A stretch of DNA of 64,000 bases from Eledone cirrhosa (Eukaryota). The position numbers and the translations under genes are program-made. Below, piece after piece: positions 13,720 to 29,070 of the stretch (position 1 is its first letter; every line of letters starts with the position of its first letter). The notes under the pieces are model-generated. The model saw nothing but the letters and a program-made list of their open reading frames with translations. It searched no databases and had not been told where the DNA came from. The stretch covers positions 109,306,001-109,370,000 of the forward strand of contig OZ024744.1 of the NCBI GenBank assembly GCA_964016885.1. Direction: 5' to 3'.

Positions 13720-14030
13720 TGTTCTCTTATCTGGGATGCTACAAACGACTAACCCAGGCATCACTGCTCGTCAGGATGAAGATCGTAAACAGCCGAAATA
13801 TCGGTCATTTTTCGATAGGTTTGTGGTCGAACGGGTAGCCGTGGAAACCTTCGGCGTTCTTGACCGGCACCGGACTATCTCCCTATTCCTTACGCATGTG
13901 TATCGAGGCGGGGTTAGCCACTCGCAGGAGCGACTCGTGCGAGTTTGGAATGACTATTCCAATGCGTCTAACTTGCTAACCTCCAGGACATTTTCTCCAT
14001 CCTATCCGCCCGCTGGAACCACAAGGCGAC
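13720..14030 (+). mobile_element. More degenerate CRE-like RLE fragment in the opposite orientation
   Basis: RCSLIWDAT..PGITARQDEDRKQPKY..FVVERVAVETFGVL. Confidence 0.55.
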
Positions 14031-14504
14031 TTGCGTTTGGCTTCCATACACGAAAGAATGCTCCCCCCAAACTATCACGGATCGCATCATTCCAGTAGCA
14101 ATGTAATGACAGTACTAAAACATTTCATCCCCAGATATTCTTTCGTTTGGAATAATCAATGGATTGTAATATTAGTTGGTTTGTGGTAGTTTTGTAAAAA
14201 TATTACACTGACTTGAAGTATGAAATCTTCAAAATTTAAAATAGACTGACAATATCTTGGCAAATGCTGTGAAGCCTCAGGCAGCCATGAAAAGTATTTA
14301 AAAGTAAAACTTGGGAAGCTGGACCTGAATCTGGGACAGGTTGTGGTACAGATATGTTTAATTGGATCAGTAAGAAGATCTGGGAAGTTGATAGAGAGGA
14401 CATCTAAATATAGTAAGGAAGGAGATTACTAGGAGGAGAAAGGAGTATTTTCTTACCGTAGACTATGGGATCAGAAGCCTAATTCAACACCGTTTAACAA
14501 CCAT

Positions 14505-14535
<31 letters not shown>

Positions 14536-14729
14536 TCATCAAAAGTTATATTTATAGTCTTTTTAATTGGACACTGAAAGAAGAAGCAAGACTAGAGAAA
14601 ATACAAAAACAAACCTAAACAATAATTACTACAGTTGTAAAGGTTACCTGCAATCTGACAGTTTAGAGAACAAATACAAGGTGGCAGAGTTGTTGTACAA
14701 CAAAACATCTATGACGAAATATACACTGT

Positions 14730-15120
14730 GGTAATAATTGCTTCTACTTTAGGCACAAGGCCAGCAATTACCCAGTGCATTGAAATATACACTGTGGTAA
14801 TAATGATTTCTACTATAGGCACAAGGCCAGTAATTTGGGGGAAGAGGAAAGTCGATTAAATCGACCCCAGTACATTACTGGTGCTTTATTTTATCGACCC
14901 CCGTAAGGATGAAAGGCAAAGTTAACCTCGGCAGGATTTGAACTCAGACCATAAAGGGACGTGACTACATGCTGCAAAGCAGGGTGTCCGACTCTCTACC
15001 GATACTGCCAATCCACCGCCCTACACTGTGGTAATAATTGTTTCTATTTTAGGCACAAGGCCAGCAATTACCCAGTACATTACTGGTACTTTATTTTATC
15101 GACCCCGTAAGGATGAGAGG
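14730..15120 (-). mobile_element. SINE copy with flanking partial tandem duplications
   Basis: TACACTGTGGTAATAAT..TCTAC..AGGCACAAGGCCAG occurs three times; full head at about 14930-15020. Confidence 0.85.
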
Positions 15121-15194
15121 CAATACAAAATATCTTAGTGGAGAACAATGGAAAACTGATACGATACAGATACAATAGAAAGATAACTAATAGA

Positions 15195-15474
15195 GAGAGG
15201 AGAGACAGTTGTGGTGTGCGGGAGAGAAGACTGCGATGGTACGAACATGTGATGCGCATGGAGGTTGACCGCTGGGTAAAGAAGTGCCAAGAAACCCCAG
15301 TAGAAGGAAGACGAGGTCGAGGTAGACCACGAAAAACATGAGAGGAGGTGGTGAGAGCAGACCTCAGATCGCTGAAGTTCACGGAGGAGATGAGAAAGGA
15401 CCGTGACAAGTGAGGAGATGCTGTGCTGAATAGGACCCGTCCCACCCTTGCAAGCAGGGAAAAGCGGACGTAAA

Positions 15475-15504
<30 letters not shown>
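15195..15504 (+). mobile_element. RTE-clade LINE 3' end with (GAT)n tail
   Basis: RRLRWYEHVMRMEVDRWVKKC..VEGRRGRGRPRKT*EEVVRADL, then CGGACGTAAAATGATGATG. Confidence 0.85.
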
Positions 15505-15506
<2 letters not shown>

Positions 15507-15740
15507 ATGTCATTCGACTTTTAATTTAATGTTAAATGTTTGGATTTACTACTTGGAATCTTTGAGCTCATTCCACAGGTTTTTGCACACTTAATTTTAC
15601 CTACAGGCATCCAGTCAACCTTGAACCCGAGTCTTCATGTTTGCTAGGCAAATGTTTAACCATACAAGCCATGGTGGTGTCCCTATTCGAAAATCGCGGG
15701 CACACACACACGTGCGCTCAAATTATATATATATATATAT

Positions 15741-16415
15741 GCAAATGAATATATGATAGGGATAAACACTGATACAAGTATACATGTGTTTGCATTGTAT
15801 ACTTGTATCAGTGTTTATCCCTATCATATATTCATTTGTATTTCACGGCTCAGAAATATCCCTTTCTTTGAGCTATTTAATTGTAAAAGATTATTTGAGT
15901 TTATAACTCTATATATAATATTCTCGGCTCCATGCGTTGAGCTAATTTTTAGTCCCATAAAACCGGCTGCTATTTTTAGCGGCACGAGTATAGGACGTGC
16001 TAGACACTGCGACACATGTGCGTTCAACAACACATTTCTCTCAGTCTTCCTAAGTATTTTGAAGTGAAACTTACCAATTTCTGTATACCAGCAGAAGAGC
16101 ACAGGAATAGGAACTTTCACTTAATTGTTGCGAAACAAATTTAAAATTTAAAATTTAAATTTGTCCAGGTATCACGGCTATTGCCAATATAGGTTTGTTT
16201 TTATTGATTTATTATTTTAAATCGAGACAGGCAAACCGTATTATTTTAATTAGTATGTTTTCAATCTAGCTAACTTGGTCATTTGCAATGCAAACACATG
16301 TATACTTGTATCAGTGTTTATCCCTATCATATATTCATTTGTATTTCACGGCTCAGAAATATCCCTTTCTTTGAGCTATTTAATTGTAAAAGACTATTTG
16401 AGTTTATAACTCTAT
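15741..16415. mobile_element. Non-coding PLE-like unit with direct terminal repeats and a short inverted 5' copy
   Basis: 15798-15915 is repeated at 16300-16415; 15741-15797 is the reverse complement of 16285-16342; bounded by (TA)n. Confidence 0.55.
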
Positions 16416-16439
16416 ATATTATATATATATATATATATT

Positions 16440-17860
<1,421 letters not shown>

Positions 17861-18053
17861 GAAGTAGTAACACAACAGTTAGTTCACCATACCGAGAACA
17901 ATTGTTTTACCTTAGCGGATGTTCAGTTCGGACTGGTCATGGTTATACGGAACAGGAAGAACAACCGTATGAACGCGCATGCGCAGAAACGGTCACTTCA
18001 CCCAAGCGATACAAAGCCACGGGCGAGCCGGGTTTAGTTCTCTACACGTGGGA

Positions 18054-18340
18054 TTAGAAGCAAAGTCTACCTTCTGATCCTTCGGGGGTAAGAAACGTCT
18101 CACGCTTAGTTAAGCATTGTAACTTCTTATCTACTTTAATGGCGGCAGCAAGGGCTTTGGATTCTGTATTAATGTCGTGGTAGGCCATAGGTCCAACCTT
18201 CTTATATTTAGAGGTAATAGCGTTATGTGCCAAGTGGCTGTAAGTAATGTCTGGAAACACCTCTTGCATAATTACAAAGCTCCGGATTGAATAACAACAA
18301 CATTCTAATTTTCTAATCAACTCGAACATCCTTTCTCTGT
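18054..18340 (-). mobile_element. PLE pre-RT fragment
   Basis: ITSKYKK..DINTESKALA..ETFLTPKDQKVDF resembles 9198-9659. Confidence 0.55.
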
Positions 18341-18464
18341 AAAGTTATGTTGGTACCACAACATCCAGTCCTAAATAAATGAGGTCGTGTAGGTGTCACA
18401 ACAACAACAAAAAAAACACACAGTCCACGCTGTAATGTGGCCGTGTAGGTAAGACGGTAAAAAC

Positions 18465-18643
18465 CTCCCAGCCCACACTGTAAACGTGGTTGGTGTTAGG
18501 AAGGGCATCCAGCCGTAGAAAACCTGCCAGACAGTCCTATATGAACCAGACAACCAATTTTGCCTCACATGGGACAATTCCCGTCTAAACCCATGCTAGC
18601 GTGGAAGATAGACGTTAAACGATGATGATGATGATGATGATGA
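18465..18643 (+). mobile_element. SINE 3' part with RTE-type tail
   Basis: GGTTGGTGTTAGGAAGGGCATCCAGCCGTAGAAA ... CCCATGCTAGCGTGGAAGATAGACGTTAAACGATGATG. Confidence 0.75.
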
Positions 18644-18726
18644 TATATGTGTGTGTGTGTGTATATATACATATATCTTTATGTGTATATTTATATATAT
18701 GTATATGTGTGTATATGTGTATATGT

Positions 18727-18802
<76 letters not shown>

Positions 18803-18863
18803 GTGTATATATGTGTGTATATATGTATATATGTGTATATATATATATATATGTATATGTAAG

Positions 18864-18896
<33 letters not shown>

Positions 18897-19159
18897 ATGT
18901 GTGTGTGTGAATGTAGCGAAGATAATACGTCAGCAATGAGGTGTTCGTCAGAATGTCGTGATGCAGACAGCCAGGCATACAGACAGATATTATAAGGGCT
19001 CGACGGAGATGGATAACTGGCGCCTAACACCCCCTTAACAACAGGAAATTGAAAAATAAAAGCTGCAGTTAATATCTTTAGAGCGCAAGGAATATATAAA
19101 TGCAAGTTTGAAGTCAATCGGAGTAGAAATGTGGATTTGTATAGACTTTGCAAAAATGA

Positions 19160-19208
<49 letters not shown>

Positions 19209-19330
19209 AACACACACGCACGCACGCACGCACGCAAATACACACACACACACACACTCTCACACACACACACACAGACAACAACATTTTTATATATATA
19301 TAAATAATTGTATATATAAATATTTATATT

Positions 19331-19367
<37 letters not shown>

Positions 19368-19499
19368 TGTGAGTAGGTGTGTGCTTATATTTGTAAGTGT
19401 TTGAGTGATGTATGTGAGTATATGTGTGTGTGTGTGTATTTCTGAGAACCAGATATCGTCTGCTCGGACACTACCCCCCCCCCCCCCCCCACCAACATG

Positions 19500-19507
19500 A
19501 CCTCTAT

Positions 19508-19579
<72 letters not shown>

Positions 19580-19610
19580 CACTACCTCCCACTACCAACA
19601 TGACCTCTAT

Positions 19611-19669
<59 letters not shown>

Positions 19670-19835
19670 TTACTACTACTACTGCCGCCACCACCACCAT
19701 TACTACTACTACAGCCACCACCATAGTAGTAGTAGTAGTAGCAGTGGTAGTAGTAGTAGTAGTAGTAGCAGCAGCAGCAGCAACAGTAGCAGTAGTAACA
19801 GTAGTAGCAGTAGTAGCAGTAGTAGCAGTAGTATA
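19500..19835. repeat. (TAC)n and (GTA/GCA)n trinucleotide arrays in inverted arrangement
   Basis: Directly visible. Confidence 0.95.
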
Positions 19836-20104
19836 TTATAAAGGATTAAATAAAAAAACACACCAAATAAATAAAAATAAAAAAACAAACAGATAAATGA
19901 AGAAAATAATCTGTAAAACAACAAATATAAAAAAAATGAATAAAATAATGAAAAATCAAAGAAGACCTAAAACAAAAATAAATTCTAAAAAAAAAATACA
20001 AAAACGCCCCCCCCCCCCCCCCCCGCTGAAAAAAAAATTTCAGAATTTTCCTTAATTTTTTTTGGTATTTATTTAATTTATTGTATTTTTTTTTTTCGTT
20101 GTAG

Positions 20105-20214
20105 AACAACCGAAACGTTTGTAGTAAAGGACAGAACGGAAGAACATGTTTATTATATTATTCGACAAGGAAGTATAGGTCAACAAACTTTTGTTAAAAC
20201 AAAAGCCGTTTTAA
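20105..20214 (+). CDS. Candidate host exon (unidentified)
   Basis: Poly-T tract plus TAG acceptor; open frame TTETFVVKDRTEEHVYYIIRQGSIGQQTFVKTKAVL; A|GTGAG donor. Confidence 0.3.
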
Positions 20215-21072
20215 GTGAGAATTGTGAATGCAGGCACGATCGACATATTTTTTTTTTTTTTTTTTTTCAAACTGAAGAGTAGTGCCAGTGAGACTTGCCG
20301 GGCTTGTGTTAAAATTTGTCGCTATGTCAGTTATGTCGTTTTATGTCGGTTTAGGTGGAGGTGTTGTTGTTTTTTTTAAAGAGAAACAAAAACACAAAAT
20401 GTTATCGCTATTGTTTTAAGTATTCGTTATTTATTTACTTATTTATTCATTGTTATTAAGAATTGTGCAGGAGGGAATAGCTTGTAGGAGGAGGAGGGGG
20501 AGGAGGTGGTGGTGGTGGGTATGTGGGGGAGGTTTGGGGAGATGTGGAGGGGATAAAACCGTGCCTAGCCTGTCTCCTTTCAGGTAGTTTCCAATTGTCT
20601 CGACAGGTATTTCCTGGATGTTCTTACTTGTACTTATGTGGACTTAAGGCACCCTACAATGAGTCATGCTTGTCATTTTTAAAATAGATGTCTTATTAGG
20701 ACAACCGATAGGAATTTTAAGTTAAAGTCTCGGTTTGAGAGGCCCAACAGACGTGAGATATCCTGGTTTCGAGTGGTTGAGAGGCAGTGAGTTATAGCCC
20801 AAGGTCTCATAGTCTAGAGGGAACCGTTTCATTGTCAATATATATTAATAAATAAGTATATATACTAAAATATTGCTATGAAATACATTTAGTATATAAT
20901 TGTTATTAAATACATTTCTTGTTCTTTGGGTATTTTAGATGGTGTATGTTTCAATGCTGAAATCTCAACACAAATCTATATGATTAGTTACTTTAATCCA
21001 GTTCTGTCTTTAGGTGTCACCCCTGTTTTAGAGGTTACCATGGATTGATACTGAGGTCTCAACATTACTCTA

Positions 21073-22001
21073 TGGTGAATTGGAGGTATCGGTAGAGGGT
21101 TGGACGCCATGCGGCGATATCCAATTTTAGTGGACTAAATGCTGCTTACGTGCTGTAGTTGCTGCTTACTTCAATGTATGAGGCTATTCCAACAAATTTA
21201 CATTCCCTTTTTTTTAGCCGTTAAAAGAAATATAGATTTATTTATTGTTTTTTTTTTGCGATTTATTTGCCACTGGGGCATAGATTTCTTTATTTGCCAC
21301 GTTTTTGTTTGTTTGTTTGTTTTTTTGCGATTTATTTGCCACTAGATCATTAGGCGGGTAGCGAAAGTAGCAATAATGGCCCGTGTAAGTGGGCAATCTC
21401 TCTATATCGGCTTGTACAGGTAAGAGAAGAAGGGAGCACCCCCCTCTCTCTGTGCTCCCTGGCAGAAAGGTCGCACACTTTCTACGGGGGTGTGTGTGAC
21501 CCCAAAAGGCTGCCTCTCTATCGAGGACTTAATTTTTTATATTCCTTTTTAATCACTCGTTAAATGTTTGTACTTGATTTTTGTAAAAAATTGCCCCGCC
21601 TAATGCTCTAGTGGCAAATAAATCGCAAAAAAACAAACAAACAAACAAAAACGTGGCAAATAAAGAAATCTATGCCCCAGTGGCAAATAAATCGCAAAAA
21701 AAAAAAACAATAAATAAATCTATATTTCTTTTAACGGCTAAAAAAAAGGGAATGTAAATTTGTTGGAATAGCCTCATACATTGAAGTAAGCAGCAACTAC
21801 AGCACGTAAGCAGCATTTAGTCCACTAAAATTGGATATCGCCCGCCATGCTTTCTAGCAAAGTTACGTCCCTTTACAGTCTGAGTTCAAATCCCGCCGAG
21901 GTTAACTTTGCCTTTCATCCTTACGGGGGTCGATAAAATAAAGTACCAGTAATGTACTGAGTAATTTGCTGGCCTTGTGCCTAGAGTAGAAACAATTAAT
22001 C
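21073..22001 (+). mobile_element. SINE copy split by a MITE
   Basis: Head 21073-21112; body resumes at 21843-22001. Confidence 0.85.
21113..21842. mobile_element. MITE with about 250-bp TIRs and 8-bp TSD (MULE/Merlin-like)
   Basis: GGCGATATCC...GGATATCGCC; TSD CGCCATGC at 21105-21112 and 21843-21850; subterminal TTTATTTGCCAC repeated three times per arm. Confidence 0.92.
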
Positions 22002-22567
22002 GGCATAGGTTAAGTTTAACGTCCGAGATAATGAAAGTATATTTTCTGACAAGTGAATGTGTTTTTTTTTTTTTTTTACAATGACAGTTACGATACAGTT
22101 TGTTTATTTACAACAGGTCTCTATAGTGATATGGTGTTAATTAGTATTGCGTGTGTGATTATTTTTTCTTTTTCTTTTTTTGTGTATTGTGTGTACGGAA
22201 AATGACATTGTGTGTTGAAAGAAATACATTTTTTAAAATAACTACATAGTTAGACGGTCTAATAAGGATGTTGATAAGGTACGTCAATTTATATGTTATA
22301 TGCAACAAACGTCTCACTATGTAGTTATTTTTAAAAAAATTTCTTTCTTTCAACACACAATGTCATTTTCCGTACACACAATACACAAAAAAAGAAAAAG
22401 AAAAAATAATCACACACGCAATACTAATTAACACCATATCACTATTGAGACCTGTTGTAAATAAACAAACTGTATCGTAACTGTCATTGTAAAAAAAAAA
22501 AAAAAAACACATTCACTTGTCAGAAAATATACTTTCATTATCTCGGACGTTAAACTTAACCTATGCC
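22002..22567. mobile_element. MITE with about 210-bp TIRs and 9-bp TSD (MULE-like)
   Basis: GGCATAGGTT...AACCTATGCC; TSD CAATTAATC at 21993-22001 and 22568-22576. Confidence 0.92.
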
Positions 22568-23221
22568 CAATTAATCTATATGAAGGACTACATTCATGTA
22601 TTTTTAAACTCCATTAAGTTTCGTGTGAGCAGATGATGAGGAACAGCAAATGTTTTCTAACCCAGGGCTGCTAGTTACTTTAATCCTGTCCTGCAGGAAG
22701 GCAGTATTCATCCTTTGGATTCCAGCTGCTACGGGTACTCCTTTTGGCAGCTGAATGGTCTAGAGCCAATATAAAATAAAGTGAAAGCTGTGCACCTTCA
22801 CCGATAGTGTACCCTTTTTCTTTCAGAGTTTTGGGTATTTGGCTACATTTCTAAGGCTAATAAACAGCATATCGAGTTTTCCTAAATGGATAAAAAATTG
22901 ACAATTGGAATAATTCTTACTTTAAAACATCTGTTAACATTGAAGATACAATATATTGTCAAAGATCTATAAACTATAATCGTTCAGTACAGGGAGGTTA
23001 CAGAATGATTCAACGACAGAAACTTTTAGCTGCTTTATAGATGTCCTTCCTTTTCACCTTTTTATTTATTTATTTATTTATTTATTTATTATTATTTTTT
23101 TTAAATTATTATTCACGTTTCTTTTCCTCCTTGTTGTCTATCCTCTTTCTTTCACTTGTTCTCCCTCTGTCTCTTTTTGTTTAAATTGATTAAATAAATA
23201 GGTTTGCTACTTTCTCGGCAG

Positions 23222-23348
23222 GGGATGGTTTCAACAACTGAGTGTATCAGTTAAGCAAGAATTGATCGGAGATCATGAAGCAACAGAGAACAGTAGACTA
23301 GAAGAGAAATTAGTCAAAATATCGGAGGATCCAAACAGAAAAGGCATC
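23222..23348 (+). CDS. Candidate host exon (unidentified)
   Basis: TTTCTCGGCAG acceptor; open frame GWFQQLSVSVKQELIGDHEATENSRLEEKLVKISEDPNRKGI; GTATG donor. Confidence 0.35.
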
Positions 23349-23391
23349 GTATGCAACGTGAATGATTCTTAGTCACTTTTCTCTCTCTCTC

Positions 23392-23481
<90 letters not shown>

Positions 23482-23703
23482 TGTGCCTTTACAATGTACC
23501 GCTACTACAATGGCCTCTGCTCCGCCCCTTCTCCTCCTCATCCTTCATCCTCCTAACGTCGTCCCTCTGCGCATGACTTTCTTGCACGAGTCAACCTACA
23601 AGAATGTAAACTGAACATCAACTACATCAGTCTCATCGATCTTGAAGGACTTGAAAGGTCATAAACACCGCCCCTTCCTCAAGATCTAGCGATATATACA
23701 TAT

Positions 23704-23739
<36 letters not shown>

Positions 23740-23749
23740 GGTGTATGTG

Positions 23750-23850
<101 letters not shown>

Positions 23851-23899
23851 TACATATATATATATTCAAAACATATATATAAATATATATATATATATA

Positions 23900-25100
<1,201 letters not shown>

Positions 25101-25103
<3 letters not shown>

Positions 25104-25708
25104 TGGCTACCAACTCGTTTTCGAGTACGGCCACTACTTTATATCCATGTAGGAGAACCCCTACCGATGCGCTGAACGAGTGTGACTTTTTAGTCCAGCC
25201 AGCGACTTGAAAACTCTGGTACAAACACTACACTTGTGACAATTCTTGACACAGTGCTGGGCCCATGGTACCATGTGACGACAAGTGCAGAGAGATCTCC
25301 AGATATAAAGCAATGCCTGTGCCGTGAAGCTTTTATAGTGAGCAAAGGCACTGCACAAAGCCAGTCCCACTCTCTTAACCAAGATGATATTTACCAAAAA
25401 GAAGAACAAGTCAACATCATTGGATACCATCAGGGTTGCAGGTGTTATATCAGAGTTTTCCTTCTCCTAGAATTCTGCCTTGACAAAGGCTAAGGGGTCA
25501 TCTCTCCCGGTGATTTTGGATGGCCATTGACTCTTAAGAGCTCCTTTGCTCTTTGACAGGTTTTGTTTTTAGTCCTGCAGGATGTCCAAAGTCACCCTCC
25601 TCACCAAGAAACCTTGGTGGGGTTGCCAGTTTAGTCGCCAACGACCCGACCATGAGACAGGTTGTACTGGGATACATGTTACCAGTAGCACCAACTGGTG
25701 ACCTGACA
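25101..25708 (-). mobile_element. Bipartite non-autonomous RTE-derived element (putative 5' UTR fused to ORF C-terminus and 3' UTR)
   Basis: Ends with the C2H2 finger HKCSVCTRVFKSLAGLKSHTRSAHR* and a short UTR into (TA)n; near-identical copy at 55362-55972. Confidence 0.72.
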
Positions 25709-25712
25709 TACT

Positions 25713-25816
<104 letters not shown>

Positions 25817-26260
25817 AGTACAGCATATTCGAAGATCGATCAGCAGCTAAGCCAACGAATGCCTTCAGCAGTGCAGCCAAGCACTCGACGAGGAATAGAC
25901 CTCAGAGTAATAACATACAGTTTAAAAGGGCTTTGCAAATTGAAAATAGCGACCGCTAATTTAGCCGCGTGATCTGTAGCAACGAAGGAACTGACCAGTG
26001 AGAAAAGGATATACACATACACACACATACATATATACATATAAGAATATACATACATACATATATGCACATATCTGTATATATAACATACCTGGACCGT
26101 CACTTGGAAATTACTGAATATCCAAGTGAGGTTTCTGTAAATTCGAAATCAACAAAGTCCGCTTGTGGTGTATACAAGTTAGGTTTCTGGAAGATCGAAC
26201 AGAGGAATTTACTTTCTTAACAGCGTTTCGTTCTAACCCAAAACCCGGTGTGGAGCGCAC

Positions 26261-26325
<65 letters not shown>

Positions 26326-26445
26326 AGGATGAATATAAAATGAAAGTGCTTTTTTTTAAAAAGGAATTTATTAGGTATTGACATATGTTCCTGTAACAGA
26401 CGGAATACCTATGTATCGCTGCTTGCGTAATCATATAATGTTAGC

Positions 26446-26477
<32 letters not shown>

Positions 26478-26648
26478 AGTTATTCCGGGTTGAATCGGAG
26501 GTAACCACAGTAAGTAAGGTACTCAATACACAGCAGAATATAAAAGTTTTAATATAGATGAGATTCTACCGGACTAGAACTGTTTCATTCTTGAGATTTT
26601 TGATGATTTCTCAAGAATGAAACAGTTCTAGTCCTGTAGAATCTCATC

Positions 26649-26724
<76 letters not shown>

Positions 26725-26730
<6 letters not shown>

Positions 26731-27270
26731 TAAAATAACAAATTAAAGTTTAAGCAAAGAATCGCTGCTTTCACCCTTAACGGGATCTTCTGAAACTAAA
26801 AAAGTCAATCTGTGAACGCAGAAGTAAATATTTCAAAAAACGTTGCAACTGAAGGAAGACAGGAAGACGATACTTTGGTTCGTGGAAACGTTCCCTGGCA
26901 AAGAACGGATAAAGACAAAGATAATACGTATCAGGAGTTTTAGGTATGTTTTCCTGCTTGGTACGGGTATGTTCTTTATAGAAATATTCAGATGTTGTTT
27001 CTGCATGATGAATATAAGTCAATAGAGTGCTCAACCGAGGGAGCCAAATACCTAAGACTCCTGATATGTAATATCTTTGTCTTCATCCGTCTTTGCCATG
27101 GAACTTTCCACGAACCAAAGTATCGTCTTTCTGTCTTCCTTCGGTTGCAACATTTTTTGAAATATTTACTTCTGCGTTCACAGATTGATTTTTTTTAGTT
27201 TCACAAGATCCCGTTAAGGGTGAAAGCAGCGATTCTTTGCTTAAACTTTAATCTGTTATTTTAATAAATA
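26725..27270. repeat. Fold-back element, arms about 225 bp
   Basis: 26725-26945 is an inverted match to 27048-27270; bounded by (TA)n. Confidence 0.85.
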
Positions 27271-27354
27271 TATGCTCTACGGTTCTTATATATTTGATAT
27301 ATATTTATCATTATCGAGCCCTCTTTGGATTTTAGTTTTCAAATTTATTATTAT

Positions 27355-27387
<33 letters not shown>

Positions 27388-27389
<2 letters not shown>

Positions 27390-27748
27390 AGGGTGTTAAA
27401 GTTTGCTTGAAGCATTGTGAAATGTGTAAAATACGTAGTTAAGAAAGCCACAACAATGCAGAGGGAAATCTCGAGGTAGGAAGTGAAAGATAACGGCATT
27501 CCTGTCTTAACGACATCACAACTTTCTCCGCTTGGCCTGTTCCCCCCCTTTTGGAACTTTTCCCCGTTGATGGGCGTGAGCCCGAAATATTGGGATTAAA
27601 TCTCCACTACGGTAACCCTCTACCTTTGTTTTGTTTTCATCTTTGTCTCTCTCAATTTCCACTTTCACCTGTTTTTCCTATCTATCTTTCACTTCCTACC
27701 TCGAGATTTCCCTCTGCATTGTTGTGGCTTTCTTAACTACGTATTTTA
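27388..27748. mobile_element. Fold-back PLE pLTR with an HHR-like motif (27562-27596)
   Basis: 27428-27492 is inverted at 27680-27747; shares AAGTTTGCTTGAAGCATTGTG with the 24.2-kb family. Confidence 0.7.
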
Positions 27749-27904
27749 TATATATATATGTTTGTTTACACTCTCGCTGTCCCCTTTATTTACGTGTCCC
27801 AACGACTTTTTTTAGCCGTTGCTCGCACCAACCGGAGGTATATGGTCTTTAAAGCGAAGAAATACCTGTGATGGTTGGAAGATCACTGATGAAGGACCAC
27901 TTTA

Positions 27905-27947
<43 letters not shown>

Positions 27948-28249
27948 ATACATATCAAAACAATATATATATTAATTTTCTCTCTCACTCACTTATTGAA
28001 TCATATAAGTTGTGAGTTTACGCACGTGGCTGTCGCTAACCAACGCGCTACTCTATATCGCTGTATAATAGCTGTTGGCATTTAATGTCCGTATAAAGGT
28101 TCTAGGCACTACCATTCTATTATACAACGATGTGAGACTGCTTTTTCTAGTAACCAATTTATCACTATCTTATTAATTTGTGTTTGAGACACATTGGCTA
28201 AGGGCTTTTGACGGGAGCGGAAATATTTGTTTTCTAATCTCCTGTCACC

Positions 28250-28630
28250 ACGTAAATTTGTAAATCGGTGGCGGGGCGGGGACAGCATTGTATCAGATTC
28301 CAATTGCTAATCACTTTACTGTGTTGGCCGTCACAAGCAGTCATAGCCGGCATGGACTGGGGTTGAATTCTGTCGATCGATTGGTTATTGATTAGGCGAT
28401 ACCCGCTGATGAAGCCACATGCACCGATTATGCATTGTTGCATAATTTATGCAGACAGGGGTTGCAGTGCACCCTACTGCTGCATTAAGTGTGGCCGAAA
28501 CCCGTTTTACGTGTGTTGTATTGAAGCGAATAACTATGTGTATACTCTGGGAATGTATCCTACATTACCTATTGAGTACGCTGAGATAAACCGGTCCTGG
28601 CATTGATATACATGATGGGTCCGTTAACTC
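28250..28630 (+). mobile_element. PLE-like 3' unit A with a partly deleted HHR
   Basis: cccg-CTGATGA-agccaca..tgtggc-CGAAAC; inverted copy at 44450-44865. Confidence 0.7.
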
Positions 28631-28632
28631 CT

Positions 28633-28703
<71 letters not shown>

Positions 28704-28804
28704 ATATTAACAAATGGAAACAATATTTATAAAACCATATTTATTTCATTATACATATTTCAAGGGCCACTAGAGCAAACTATGATGCGCTTTCGTCAGA
28801 TAAC

Positions 28805-28899
<95 letters not shown>

Positions 28900-29021
28900 C
28901 ATATATTGTATATATATATATACATATATTGTATATATATATATTGTATATATATATATACATATATTGTATATATATATATACACACATAAATAATTAT
29001 ATACACACACACACATATATA

Positions 29022-29067
<46 letters not shown>

Positions 29068-29070
<3 letters not shown>

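Noticed and set aside
25161-25430. Stand-alone C2H2 zinc-finger gene
   Set aside because: A single finger at the end of a multicopy retroposon fragment, with no gene structure.
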